Notes under the pieces: generated by a model
The model's database searches: none
The model's input: the letters and a program-made list of their open reading frames with translations, nothing else
Told to the model about the DNA's origin: nothing
Part shown: piece after piece, positions 47,337 to 57,107 of the stretch
Layout of the letters: the number at the start of each line of letters is the position of its first letter
How positions within the stretch are numbered: position 1 is the first letter of the stretch
From: Candidatus Pampinifervens sinense
GTDB lineage: Bacteria > Aquificota > Aquificia > Aquificales > Aquificaceae
Length of the DNA: 64,000 bases
Assembly (NCBI GenBank): GCA_037927135.1
Contig: JAXSPP010000002.1
Span: 96,001-160,000, forward strand
Direction: 5' to 3'
Position numbers and translations under genes: made by a program

Positions 47337-49229
47337 ATGGAAGTGAGGGAAGAAGTCCATCTGAAGGTTGAGGAGAAGTACAATCCTCCCAAACACATAT
47401 TGGAGAGGGCATGGATAAAGGACTATGAAAGCCTCTATAAGGAATCTATTAGCGACAGGGAAGGCTTTTGGGCAAAGGTGGCGGAGGAGCTCCATTGGTT
47501 CAAAAAGTGGGACAAGGTCCTTGAGTGGAACTATCCTTATGCCAAATGGTTTGTAAACGGAAAGACCAACATAACATACAACTGCCTAGACAGGCATGTG
47601 AAAAATGGGAAGCGCAATAAAGTAGCATACATATTTGTGGATGAGGACAACAGGGAGAAAAAGATAACCTATGGAGAGCTCCTTGAGCTTGTAAATAGGA
47701 TAGCCAACGGCCTCAAATCTCTTGGTGTAAAGAAGGGTGATAGGGTTTCCATATACATGCCCAATACCATAGAGGCCATAGCGTGCATGCTTGCATGCGC
47801 AAGAATAGGTGCCATACACAGCGTTGTCTTTGCAGGCTTTAGCGAAGGTGCTCTAAGACTTAGGATTGAGGACGCCAAGGCAAAGGTAGTAATTACCGCC
47901 AGCTATACCAAAAGAAGAGGCAAAAAGATAGACCTCTTTGCTACAGCACAGAGAGCCATAGACGGATTGAGCTTTGTAGAAAAGGTTATAGTATGGGACA
48001 GGGATGGAGATGTGCTCAACGGTTCTGGTGGTTTGTTTGTTAGCTTTGATGAGCTTGTCAAAAACAGCTCACCCGAGTGCGAGCCAACGGTTATGGATGC
48101 AGAGGACCCACTCTTTATCCTTTATACCTCTGGAACCACCGGCAAGCCCAAAGGAGTTCTTCACACCACCGGTGGATACATGGTCGGCACTTACTTTACT
48201 ACCAAGATAACCTTTGACCTTCATGAGGATGATATATATTGGTGCACCGCCGATATTGGATGGATAACAGGCCACAGCTATATAGTCTATGGTCCTCTTG
48301 CCTGCGGTGCCACATCCCTTATCACAGAGGGTGCGCCAGACTTTCCAGATCCAGGAAGGTGGTGGAGCTACATAGAAAAGTATAGGGTAAATGTCTTCTA
48401 TACTGCACCTACCGCCATTAGGATGTTTATGAGGTATGGGGAGCAGTGGCCAGCAAAGTACGACCTGTCTTCTTTAAGGATACTTGGCTCTGTAGGAGAG
48501 CCCATAAACCCAGAGGCCTGGCATTGGTACTATAAGCATATAGGAAGGGAGAAGTGCGTTATAGTGGACACTTGGTGGCAAACGGAAACGGGTATGCACA
48601 TGATCACCACCATACCATCTTATCCAGCAAAGCCTGGAAAGGCAGGAAAGCCTTACTTTGGAGTGGAGGTAGCCGTAGTGGACAGCAGTGGAAAAGAGCT
48701 ACCCCCTAACACTATAGGGAACCTTGTGATAAAAACGCCTTGGCCATCCATGCTTAGAACGTGTTGGGGAGAGCCAGAAAGGTACGAGAAGTATTGGAAT
48801 ACCATACCTGGATACTACTTTGCTGGAGACCTTGCAAGCTACGATGAGGAAGGCTACATAATGATACTAGGACGCGCCGACGATGTGCTTAATGTAGCAG
48901 GCCATAGAATAGGCACCATGGAGGTGGAGAGCGCCATAGTGGATCATCCTGCTGTGGCAGAAGCAGCAGTAATTGGAAAGCCACATGAGATAAAGGGAGA
49001 GTCTATTAAGGCCTTTGTGATACTCAAGAAAGGAGTGGAGCCTTCCGAGCATCTAAAGGAGGAGATAAAACAGCATGTGAGGCAGGTGCTTGGTGCTATA
49101 GCTGTGCCAGATGAGATTGAGTTTGTGGAGAAGCTTCCAAAGACAAGAAGTGGTAAGATAATGAGGAGGGTGCTAAAGGCTCAAGAGCTAGGGTTGCCCT
49201 TGGGAGACATATCAACCTTAGAGGATTAA
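47337..49229 (+). CDS. acsA: Acetyl-CoA synthetase
   Basis: YTSGTTGKPKG, ADIGWITGH, DTWWQTE, LPKTRSGKIMRR; start chosen by SD spacing (47331 alternative). Confidence 0.96.
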   Translation: MEVREEVHLKVEEKYNPPKHILERAWIKDYESLYKESISDREGFWAKVAEELHWFKKWDKVLEWNYPYAKWFVNGKTNITYNCLDRHVKNGKRNKVAYIFVDEDNREKKITYGELLELVNRIANGLKSLGVKKGDRVSIYMPNTIEAIACMLACARIGAIHSVVFAGFSEGALRLRIEDAKAKVVITASYTKRRGKKIDLFATAQRAIDGLSFVEKVIVWDRDGDVLNGSGGLFVSFDELVKNSSPECEPTVMDAEDPLFILYTSGTTGKPKGVLHTTGGYMVGTYFTTKITFDLHEDDIYWCTADIGWITGHSYIVYGPLACGATSLITEGAPDFPDPGRWWSYIEKYRVNVFYTAPTAIRMFMRYGEQWPAKYDLSSLRILGSVGEPINPEAWHWYYKHIGREKCVIVDTWWQTETGMHMITTIPSYPAKPGKAGKPYFGVEVAVVDSSGKELPPNTIGNLVIKTPWPSMLRTCWGEPERYEKYWNTIPGYYFAGDLASYDEEGYIMILGRADDVLNVAGHRIGTMEVESAIVDHPAVAEAAVIGKPHEIKGESIKAFVILKKGVEPSEHLKEEIKQHVRQVLGAIAVPDEIEFVEKLPKTRSGKIMRRVLKAQELGLPLGDISTLED

Positions 49230-49609
49230 TCTTCCGGGGCTTGTGCCCCGCCCTCTACCTTTTCCATTCTACACTGGCCGTTGTATATGGCGCCCCTCTC
49301 TATAGCAAGTTCCTCTGTAGTTATATCTCCGTCAACCCTACTTCCCGCCTTCAGTTCTACCCTCTTTGCCCTTATGTTCCCCTCCACCCTTCCATAAACC
49401 ACAACCTCCTCAAGGCTCACATTCCCTTTTATAACACCCTTTTCACCCACAATAAGACCACCCTTTCCTGAAACATTTCCCAATATCTGTCCATCTATCC
49501 TTGTAATACCATCGGACACAGTTATATTCCCTTCAAAGATACAGCCCAAACCTACAAGGGTTTTTATCTCCTGAGCTGAAAGCACAGCATCTTCTTTCCT
49601 CTTAAACAT
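49226..49609 (-). CDS. Bactofilin (polymer-forming cytoskeletal protein, CcmA family)
   Basis: Beta-helix repeats (RIDG..G, VGEKGVIKG, V.GRVEGNI, GAIYNG). Confidence 0.9.
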   Translation of the reverse strand: MFKRKEDAVLSAQEIKTLVGLGCIFEGNITVSDGITRIDGQILGNVSGKGGLIVGEKGVIKGNVSLEEVVVYGRVEGNIRAKRVELKAGSRVDGDITTEELAIERGAIYNGQCRMEKVEGGAQAPED

Positions 49610-49611
49610 GG

Positions 49612-50442
49612 CTATTTCCAGCTTATATAGTCTAAAGGATTTTTTAGCCTTCCTTGATAGAGAACCTCATAGTGAAGGTGTGGTCCTGTGGACCTTCCCG
49701 TAGATCCCACCCTACCTATAACCTCTCCAGCTTTAACCCTTTGACCTTCCTTTACAGATATCTCCGAAAGATGGGCATATAGGGTGGTGTAGCCCGAGGG
49801 GTGGCTTATTATGACCGTTTTACCGTATTCACCAAGACTTCCCGCATATTCCACCGTACCGTCTGCTGTGGCAACCACAGGGCTTCCATAAGGAGCCTCA
49901 ATATCTATACCCGAGTGAAATTCATAACCCCTTCCAAAGGGACTTTTCCTCCAGCCAACGTGTGATGTTATCCTTCCATAAACGGGATAACCCATTGGCA
50001 CGCTTCTTATGGTAGAAAGCAAATACTGACTTCTCTGTTCTAAGAAGTTCAAATAGTAAACATCCTCCACACTTTTCTTGTAAGAGGCTCCACCTACAGC
50101 TATTTGTCTTTCTAGAACACCCCTCTTGGAAAGATGATCTTCTATGGCCAAAAGCTTACTTTCAATGCTTTTTAACCTTTGCCTCATCTGCTCTCTTTCC
50201 CTCTCCAATCTTTCTTTTTCTTCCAAGGCTTTAAGCCTTTCCATCCTTAGCCTCTCTCCTTCTGCCAAAACTTTACCCCTCTCATACGCAAGCTTTAGAT
50301 TAAGAAGATAAGAGATGATGGACAAAAGGAGGAGGAAAAGGACCAAGAGAACTCCAAGCCTTAAATAGGATTTTCTTATCCTGATAGCCCTTGGAGGACT
50401 TCCCTCATGGTGGGCTATTATGATGGTTACATAATCCTTCAC
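49612..50442 (-). CDS. M23 family metallopeptidase with TM and coiled coil
   Basis: HSGID, YAHL, STGRSTGPHLHYE. Confidence 0.92.
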   Translation of the reverse strand: MKDYVTIIIAHHEGSPPRAIRIRKSYLRLGVLLVLFLLLLSIISYLLNLKLAYERGKVLAEGERLRMERLKALEEKERLEREREQMRQRLKSIESKLLAIEDHLSKRGVLERQIAVGGASYKKSVEDVYYLNFLEQRSQYLLSTIRSVPMGYPVYGRITSHVGWRKSPFGRGYEFHSGIDIEAPYGSPVVATADGTVEYAGSLGEYGKTVIISHPSGYTTLYAHLSEISVKEGQRVKAGEVIGRVGSTGRSTGPHLHYEVLYQGRLKNPLDYISWK

Positions 50443-50552
50443 CCTTTGCCCTCCAAAGGGGTTTAGTTTATTATAACACTGTAAAAAATCATATTGAATT
50501 ATTCAGAAGAAGACCAATATTAATAACATCTCAAGCCCATAGAAGGAGGTAG

Positions 50553-51923
<1,371 letters not shown>

Positions 51924-51932
51924 ACTTCCCTC

Positions 51933-51953
51933 TGGGGGCCCTGCCCCCATTTT
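51933..51953 (+). terminator. Intrinsic terminator after thiC
   Basis: TGGGGGC-CCT-GCCCCCA followed by TTTT. Confidence 0.7.
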
Positions 51954-52005
51954 AACCAAATCTTAACCAAAGCTTAAAGAAATCTTAACCTTTCCCTCCT
52001 ATCCT
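51951..52005 (+). promoter_or_regulatory. Pho-box-like promoter 1: four 11-bp direct repeats plus -10
   Basis: TTTAACCAAAT/CTTAACCAAAG/CTTAAAGAAAT/CTTAACCTTTC; TATCCT at 52000-52005; ATG 7 nt later. Confidence 0.75.
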
Positions 52006-52012
52006 TATTTCC

Positions 52013-52759
52013 ATGAGCTTGTTCCTTTTGGAGCTTCATGACGTTAGCCCTCACTACAGGAAGGAGTTTTTAAAAGCCCTAGACCTTCTGGAGGAGGTGG
52101 GCATAGAAAAGTTCTCCCTTTTGGTGGTGCCCTACTTTTGGGAGATGGCCCCCTTAGGTGAGGATAAGGATTTTGTCTCATTTATAAAGAGCCTGCCCGC
52201 AGAGGTGGTGCTTCACGGCTATACACACAAGGGAAGAAAAAGGTTTAAGGATCTTCTTTGGACCGATGGGGAGGGAGAGTTTGGGGGGCTTGATCTGATA
52301 AGCACCTATGAAAAGGTATATTTAGCCCTTGAGCTTATGGACTATTTGGGTCTAAAGACAGAGTTCTTTGTCCCTCCCGCATGGATAGGAAATCCTTACC
52401 TTGAGGATGTGCTGTATTCTTTGGGCTTTAGAGCTGTGGCCTACAGATGGTATATAAAGGATCTTGGCACAGAAAAGATTATAAAGTCGCCTGTGCTCAG
52501 CTTTAGCAACAGATACCTTTTCTCTTGGCTGAGCATAAAGCTTTTGCCAGAGCTTGAAAAGCTATACAAAAGGCACAAGATCTTGAGGCTTGCCATACAT
52601 ATGGCAGACCTAAGGGATGAAAGAAAGACACTCCTTTGGAGGGAAATACTTGGAAGGATAAAAGAAAGAAGGAGGTGTGTAAGCTATGGAGAGCTTTTTG
52701 GCAAAGGCGGACCTTCACCTTCATTCAAAGGCCTCCAACCTGCCGGGAGGGTGGTTTAG
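52013..52759 (+). CDS. DUF2334 / polysaccharide deacetylase-like (CE4 fold) protein
   Basis: LHDVSP, LLVVP, VLHGYTH, EGEF, FVPPAW, RLAIH. Confidence 0.8.
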   Translation: MSLFLLELHDVSPHYRKEFLKALDLLEEVGIEKFSLLVVPYFWEMAPLGEDKDFVSFIKSLPAEVVLHGYTHKGRKRFKDLLWTDGEGEFGGLDLISTYEKVYLALELMDYLGLKTEFFVPPAWIGNPYLEDVLYSLGFRAVAYRWYIKDLGTEKIIKSPVLSFSNRYLFSWLSIKLLPELEKLYKRHKILRLAIHMADLRDERKTLLWREILGRIKERRRCVSYGELFGKGGPSPSFKGLQPAGRVV

Positions 52760-54932
52760 TAGGCTAATAGGCTGTCCTGAGAGCTTTACAGAACCCATGG
52801 AGATATACAGAAGGCTAAAGGAAAGGGGCATGAGCTTTATAACCATAACGGACCACAACACCATTGAGGGAGTGCTGGAGATAGCCCACCTTCCCGAGGT
52901 CTTTATAAGCTGTGAATACACGGTGGAGTTTCCAGAGGACAAAAGGAAGGTGCATGTACTTGTCTATGGCCTGAGTGAAAAGGACCACCAAGAGCTTACA
53001 AGATTAAGGGAAAACATCTTTGACTTTGTGAGATACCTAAAAGAGAGAAGGCTTGCCCACTCCCTTGCCCACCCACTATACTCTGTGGAGAGGTCCAAGG
53101 TGGATAAAGACTTTGTAGAAAAGCTTGTTCTACTTTTTGACAACTGGGAGGTGATAAACGGCACAAGGGGGAAGGATGTGAGGCAGATAGAGGAGGCTAT
53201 AGCGAGGGCCTATGATGGATGGGACAAGATTTATAGGTTGGCCGAAAGGCACAGAATAGAGCCTCAAAGGACAAGGGAGAGGATAAGCTTTACCGCCGGG
53301 TCTGACGACCATGGTGGTATAGACATAGGGAGAACATGGACTGCAGTGGAAGGAGCAAAAAGCAAGGAAGAGTTTTTGAGGGGCCTGTGGGAAGGGAGGA
53401 CAAAGGTGGGGACAGAAGACCTTGGAGAACACAGGCTTTTGAACATGATAGGAAGGGTAGGCTATGACTTTCTAAAAGCTAAAAACTACATTCCTTCCGA
53501 GATAAGGCCAATAACGGATTACATCTTTATGCACTCCGATAGTCCTACCATTGGCTTTCTCATAAGGAGTTTTTTGGGTATAAAGGGGGAAAGAAGCCGT
53601 ATGTTAAAGGAGATTTTAAGGGTATTGCCCTCCTTCGCCCTAGAAAGGTTTATAAAGAGCCCCTCACCGCAAACCTTTGGGGAGCTAGGCCTGTCCCTCA
53701 TGGCTCATGGCCTCCCCGCCTTTTTAAAGTATGCCCAAAAAAGAGAAGAAGAGAAGATAAAAGAGCTTGGAAAGGAGTTTGGAATCGCAAAAACAAAGCC
53801 ACCAAAGGTGGCATACATAACAGATACCTACCACCACATAAACGGCGTTGCAAGAAGCGCTAAGCTCATAAGACAGATAGCCATGGAGGAAGACCTACCC
53901 TTTACAGTCCTTGTATCCAGCTCAGACGTAAGGGAAGAAGAGGGCCTCATAAACCTAAGGCCTATGGTGGAGATTCCCACACCCTTCTATGAGGAGCTTA
54001 AGATGGGCCTTCCCAACTTCCTTGACCTTTTGGACCTCTTAGAAAGAGAAGGCTTTACGCAGGTTCATATAGCTACGCCAGGGCCTTTGGGCCTTTTGGG
54101 CCTTTTGGCAGGAAAGCTCTTGGGCCTTAGAATAACCTTTGCCTTCCACACAGACATACCCACCTACGCAAGGACCTATACGGGAGATCCAGACTTGGAG
54201 GAGATCCTCTGGAAGGCCTTTGTGTTTATAGGAAAGATATCCCATAAGTTCTTTGTGCCTTCTGAATACTACAGGAAGGTGTTTGTAAACAGGGGGCTGA
54301 GCTATGGGAAGATTAGCCTCTTTAGGAGGGGTGTGGACACAGACCTCTTCTCACCAGAAAAAAGGGAAGAGGGCTTTTGGGCAAGGAGGCTTGGCATAAA
54401 GAAACATCAAAGGGTCATACTCTATGTGGGGAGGGTTTCAAAGGAAAAGGGCCTGGACACATTTTTGTATGTGGCAAGGTGCTTCCCGGAGGATGTCTTT
54501 GTGATAGTGGGTGATGGCCCATACAGAAGGGAGATAGAGGCCAAAAGGCCAAAAAATGTACATCTTACCGGCTATATGGTGGGTGAAGAGCTTGCAAAGG
54601 CTTATGCCAGCTCCGATGTCTTTCTCTTCCCTTCCGAGACGGAGACCTACGGACAGGTGGTGCTTGAAGCCATGGCAAGCGGTCTTCCTGTTATAGTTAG
54701 CTCTAAAGGTGCTTCCCATGAGCATGTGCAAGAGGGTGTAAACGGCCTTATAGCCACAAGGCCGGAAGAGTATGTGGAAGCTCTATCTTTGCTCCTTTCT
54801 AACGAAAGCCTAAGAAGAAGCATGGCCCAAGAGGCCCTATACAGCGCCAGAAGGCTTGATCTGAGAAAAAGCTATATAGATTACATGCTTGCTATAGCAG
54901 GCCTTGGGAGGCTTGTGTATGAAGCTGGTTGA
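52686..54932 (+). CDS. PHP phosphoesterase domain fused to GT4 glycosyltransferase
   Basis: N-term DLHLHS, ITDHN, AHP, EVING, GSDDH; C-term DTY..INGV, HIATPGPLG, RGVD, VGRVSKEK, FPSETETYGQVVLEAMASG. Confidence 0.88.
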   Translation: MESFLAKADLHLHSKASNLPGGWFSRLIGCPESFTEPMEIYRRLKERGMSFITITDHNTIEGVLEIAHLPEVFISCEYTVEFPEDKRKVHVLVYGLSEKDHQELTRLRENIFDFVRYLKERRLAHSLAHPLYSVERSKVDKDFVEKLVLLFDNWEVINGTRGKDVRQIEEAIARAYDGWDKIYRLAERHRIEPQRTRERISFTAGSDDHGGIDIGRTWTAVEGAKSKEEFLRGLWEGRTKVGTEDLGEHRLLNMIGRVGYDFLKAKNYIPSEIRPITDYIFMHSDSPTIGFLIRSFLGIKGERSRMLKEILRVLPSFALERFIKSPSPQTFGELGLSLMAHGLPAFLKYAQKREEEKIKELGKEFGIAKTKPPKVAYITDTYHHINGVARSAKLIRQIAMEEDLPFTVLVSSSDVREEEGLINLRPMVEIPTPFYEELKMGLPNFLDLLDLLEREGFTQVHIATPGPLGLLGLLAGKLLGLRITFAFHTDIPTYARTYTGDPDLEEILWKAFVFIGKISHKFFVPSEYYRKVFVNRGLSYGKISLFRRGVDTDLFSPEKREEGFWARRLGIKKHQRVILYVGRVSKEKGLDTFLYVARCFPEDVFVIVGDGPYRREIEAKRPKNVHLTGYMVGEELAKAYASSDVFLFPSETETYGQVVLEAMASGLPVIVSSKGASHEHVQEGVNGLIATRPEEYVEALSLLLSNESLRRSMAQEALYSARRLDLRKSYIDYMLAIAGLGRLVYEAG

Positions 54933-56043
54933 TATAACACCCTATTTTCATAGCAAAAGCGGTGGCATAAAAAGGTACCTTTTGGAAAAGGCCAAGTTTT
55001 TACGGGATAAGGACATAGAACATGTGATCATAATACCTGGCAAGAAAAGGAGGGAATACTACATAGAGTCCTCCAAAGTATATGAACTTCCTTCCTTCCC
55101 CCTTCCCCTCACAGGAGGCTATAGGTTCTTTTCCTCTTTGAGCGAGATAAAAGAGATACTCAAAGAGGAAGGACCAGATGTGGTGGAGCTCGGCGGCACT
55201 TACCAGCCCATTCCCTTCTTAAAGTCGGAAGGCTACCTTCTTAGCGTCTTTTACCACTCGGATGTAAGGACAGATCTTTCCCTTCTTCCTGCGCCAGAAG
55301 GCCTAAAGAGGGCCTTTCTAGAGCATGTCATAAAGAGGAAGCTATCAAAGGCAGACCTCATCATCACCCCGTCAAAAAGACAAGAAGAATTCTTAAGAAG
55401 CTTTGGGCTAGAGAAGGTCTTTACAATAAACTTGGGTGTGGACACAAACATCTTTAACCCAAACAAAAGGGACCCTTACTTTGAAAAGGCCCTTGGCATA
55501 AAAGAAGACAAGTTCAAAATAGTCTATGTGGGAAGACTCTCTCCAGACAAGAATATAGGCCTTTTGCTTGAAGTTTTCCAACATCTTGACCCCACTCTCT
55601 TCCATCTTGTAGTGGTAGGAGACGGACCCCTAAGAAAGAGGGTAGAAAGGCTCTCTAAAAAGCTTCCAAACCTCACCTACTTAGGTTATATAAGCGATGA
55701 GGAGGAGCTTGCCAAGATTTATGCCAGCTGTGATATATTCCTTAGCGCCTCTTTTGGAGAGACCTACGGTCTTTCCTTCCTTGAGGCACAAGCCTGCGGA
55801 TGTCTCCTTGTGGCTTTTGATATGGACCTTGAGACACAACCCTTTAAGGAGTTTTTGGCAAAGGAAAAAAGCCCAGAGGCTCTTTACGATGCCATTGTAA
55901 GGGCCTGCCAATCTTTGAACCTTAGCCTCAAAGAAAGGATAAGATCTTACATAGCGGAAAACTTCTCTTGGAAGGCTACCTTTGAAAGGCTCCTTAGCCT
56001 GTATGAGACTGCCCTTAACCAAATCTTAACAATTTCTACTTAA
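54919..56043 (+). CDS. GT4 glycosyltransferase
   Basis: SGGIKRY, YHSD, LGVD, VGRLSPDKN, ETYGLSFLEAQACG. Confidence 0.88.
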   Translation: MKLVDITPYFHSKSGGIKRYLLEKAKFLRDKDIEHVIIIPGKKRREYYIESSKVYELPSFPLPLTGGYRFFSSLSEIKEILKEEGPDVVELGGTYQPIPFLKSEGYLLSVFYHSDVRTDLSLLPAPEGLKRAFLEHVIKRKLSKADLIITPSKRQEEFLRSFGLEKVFTINLGVDTNIFNPNKRDPYFEKALGIKEDKFKIVYVGRLSPDKNIGLLLEVFQHLDPTLFHLVVVGDGPLRKRVERLSKKLPNLTYLGYISDEEELAKIYASCDIFLSASFGETYGLSFLEAQACGCLLVAFDMDLETQPFKEFLAKEKSPEALYDAIVRACQSLNLSLKERIRSYIAENFSWKATFERLLSLYETALNQILTIST

Positions 56044-56046
56044 ACT
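56014..56046 (+). promoter_or_regulatory. Pho-box-like promoter 2 (inside the 3' end of the GT4 gene)
   Basis: CTTAACCAAAT/CTTAACAATTT; TAAACT at 56041-56046; ATG 7 nt later. Confidence 0.7.
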
Positions 56047-56053
56047 TTTTTCT

Positions 56054-56260
56054 ATGAGGGAGAGGATTGATCTGCTTTTGGAGAAGATTGAGAGGGAGAA
56101 AAGGTCCTACAGCAAGCTTCTCAAAAAGGGTGAAAAGGTAAGAAAAAGGGAGAGGGACACCTTTTTGACGGAAAAGGACAGGACCATCCTTATAGAATCC
56201 TTTGTGGTCGGTGGCCTTATAGAAAACCTGATAACAAAGGCTATAAACAAGCTCTTCTAA
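56054..56260 (+). CDS. Small hypothetical protein (68 aa)
   Basis: ORF directly downstream of promoter 2; charged helix and amphipathic C-terminus. Confidence 0.6.
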   Translation: MRERIDLLLEKIEREKRSYSKLLKKGEKVRKRERDTFLTEKDRTILIESFVVGGLIENLITKAINKLF

Positions 56261-56610
56261 GCCAACCTCTCAATCAGGCTCAAAACCCTCTTATAGTCTC
56301 CGTATACCCTCACCCTACCCTCAAAGATGTATCTAAGCACCCTTGAAGGCTTTTCAACGATCCTCATAAGGTCTCTATAGCTCAAAATTATTCTGTCTTC
56401 CACCTGCGGTGGCTTTGGAGTGTGGCTTATACCCTCTTGGCTTATAAGGAAGTGCTCCATCTGTCCGTTGGGAAGCTCTACCGTTAGAAGTATGGGGCTC
56501 TTTAACTCTCTTAGGGCTTGTCCATGCTCTTCTTGTAGGTGGTGTGCCAACAGCTTTAGCTCTCTAAGGTAGTCTTCAGTATTCGCTTTCAATGCGTATG
56601 ATCCTCTCAT
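56257..56610 (-). CDS. SCP2-like (sterol-carrier fold) protein
   Basis: DRIILSYRDLMRIVE...RYIFEGRVRVYGD resembles the SCP2 C-terminal GxxKxxGD pattern. Confidence 0.6.
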   Translation of the reverse strand: MRGSYALKANTEDYLRELKLLAHHLQEEHGQALRELKSPILLTVELPNGQMEHFLISQEGISHTPKPPQVEDRIILSYRDLMRIVEKPSRVLRYIFEGRVRVYGDYKRVLSLIERLA

Positions 56611-56833
56611 CCCTTGATAGCCTCCCTATTATGTCCTCAAGCACCTCAAAGGCCTTCTCCTCTGTGGAATAGATGCCAAGGACGGCGGGAAGGAGAGGCT
56701 GGCTCATGTAGGCCACCACCTTATAAACCAGCCTCTTTTTCCCTTCCACTTCTATCTTTGCCTCTTCCACCGAAAGGGATATAAGATGAAGGGCATTAAG
56801 ATACCTTCCGCTCCTTGTCCTCAAAAAGTTCAT
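56576..56833 (-). CDS. Hypothetical protein in fez-like operon
   Basis: 85 aa, GGAGG SD, ATGA overlap with upstream gene. Confidence 0.65.
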   Translation of the reverse strand: MNFLRTRSGRYLNALHLISLSVEEAKIEVEGKKRLVYKVVAYMSQPLLPAVLGIYSTEEKAFEVLEDIIGRLSRDERIIRIESEY

Positions 56834-57102
56834 GCCTCTTCCTTCTTTTCCTCTTCCTTTAGGGCCTTTTTGGCACCCTCTACTGCACCTTCCACCGAGT
56901 ATCTGATTACCCTCAGGGCCTTCTCTCCTATCTCCGCCGTGGTCTTTACTATCTCCTTGCTAACCTCCATTACCTTGGATAGGGCTTCTGCTGGCAATTC
57001 TTTTAGGCTTTTCTCCTCGGCCATTCCAAGCTTTTTCTTTAGCTCTTCCAGCTCTGCCTTGATCTTTTCAAGCTCTTGGGCCAAATCCTTCTTTTCTTCC
57101 AT
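56830..57102 (-). CDS. Coiled-coil/amphipathic helical protein in fez-like operon
   Basis: GGAGGTG SD; E/K-rich helices, VEGAVEGAKKAL. Confidence 0.7.
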   Translation of the reverse strand: MEEKKDLAQELEKIKAELEELKKKLGMAEEKSLKELPAEALSKVMEVSKEIVKTTAEIGEKALRVIRYSVEGAVEGAKKALKEEEKKEEA

Positions 57103-57107
57103 GGCTT

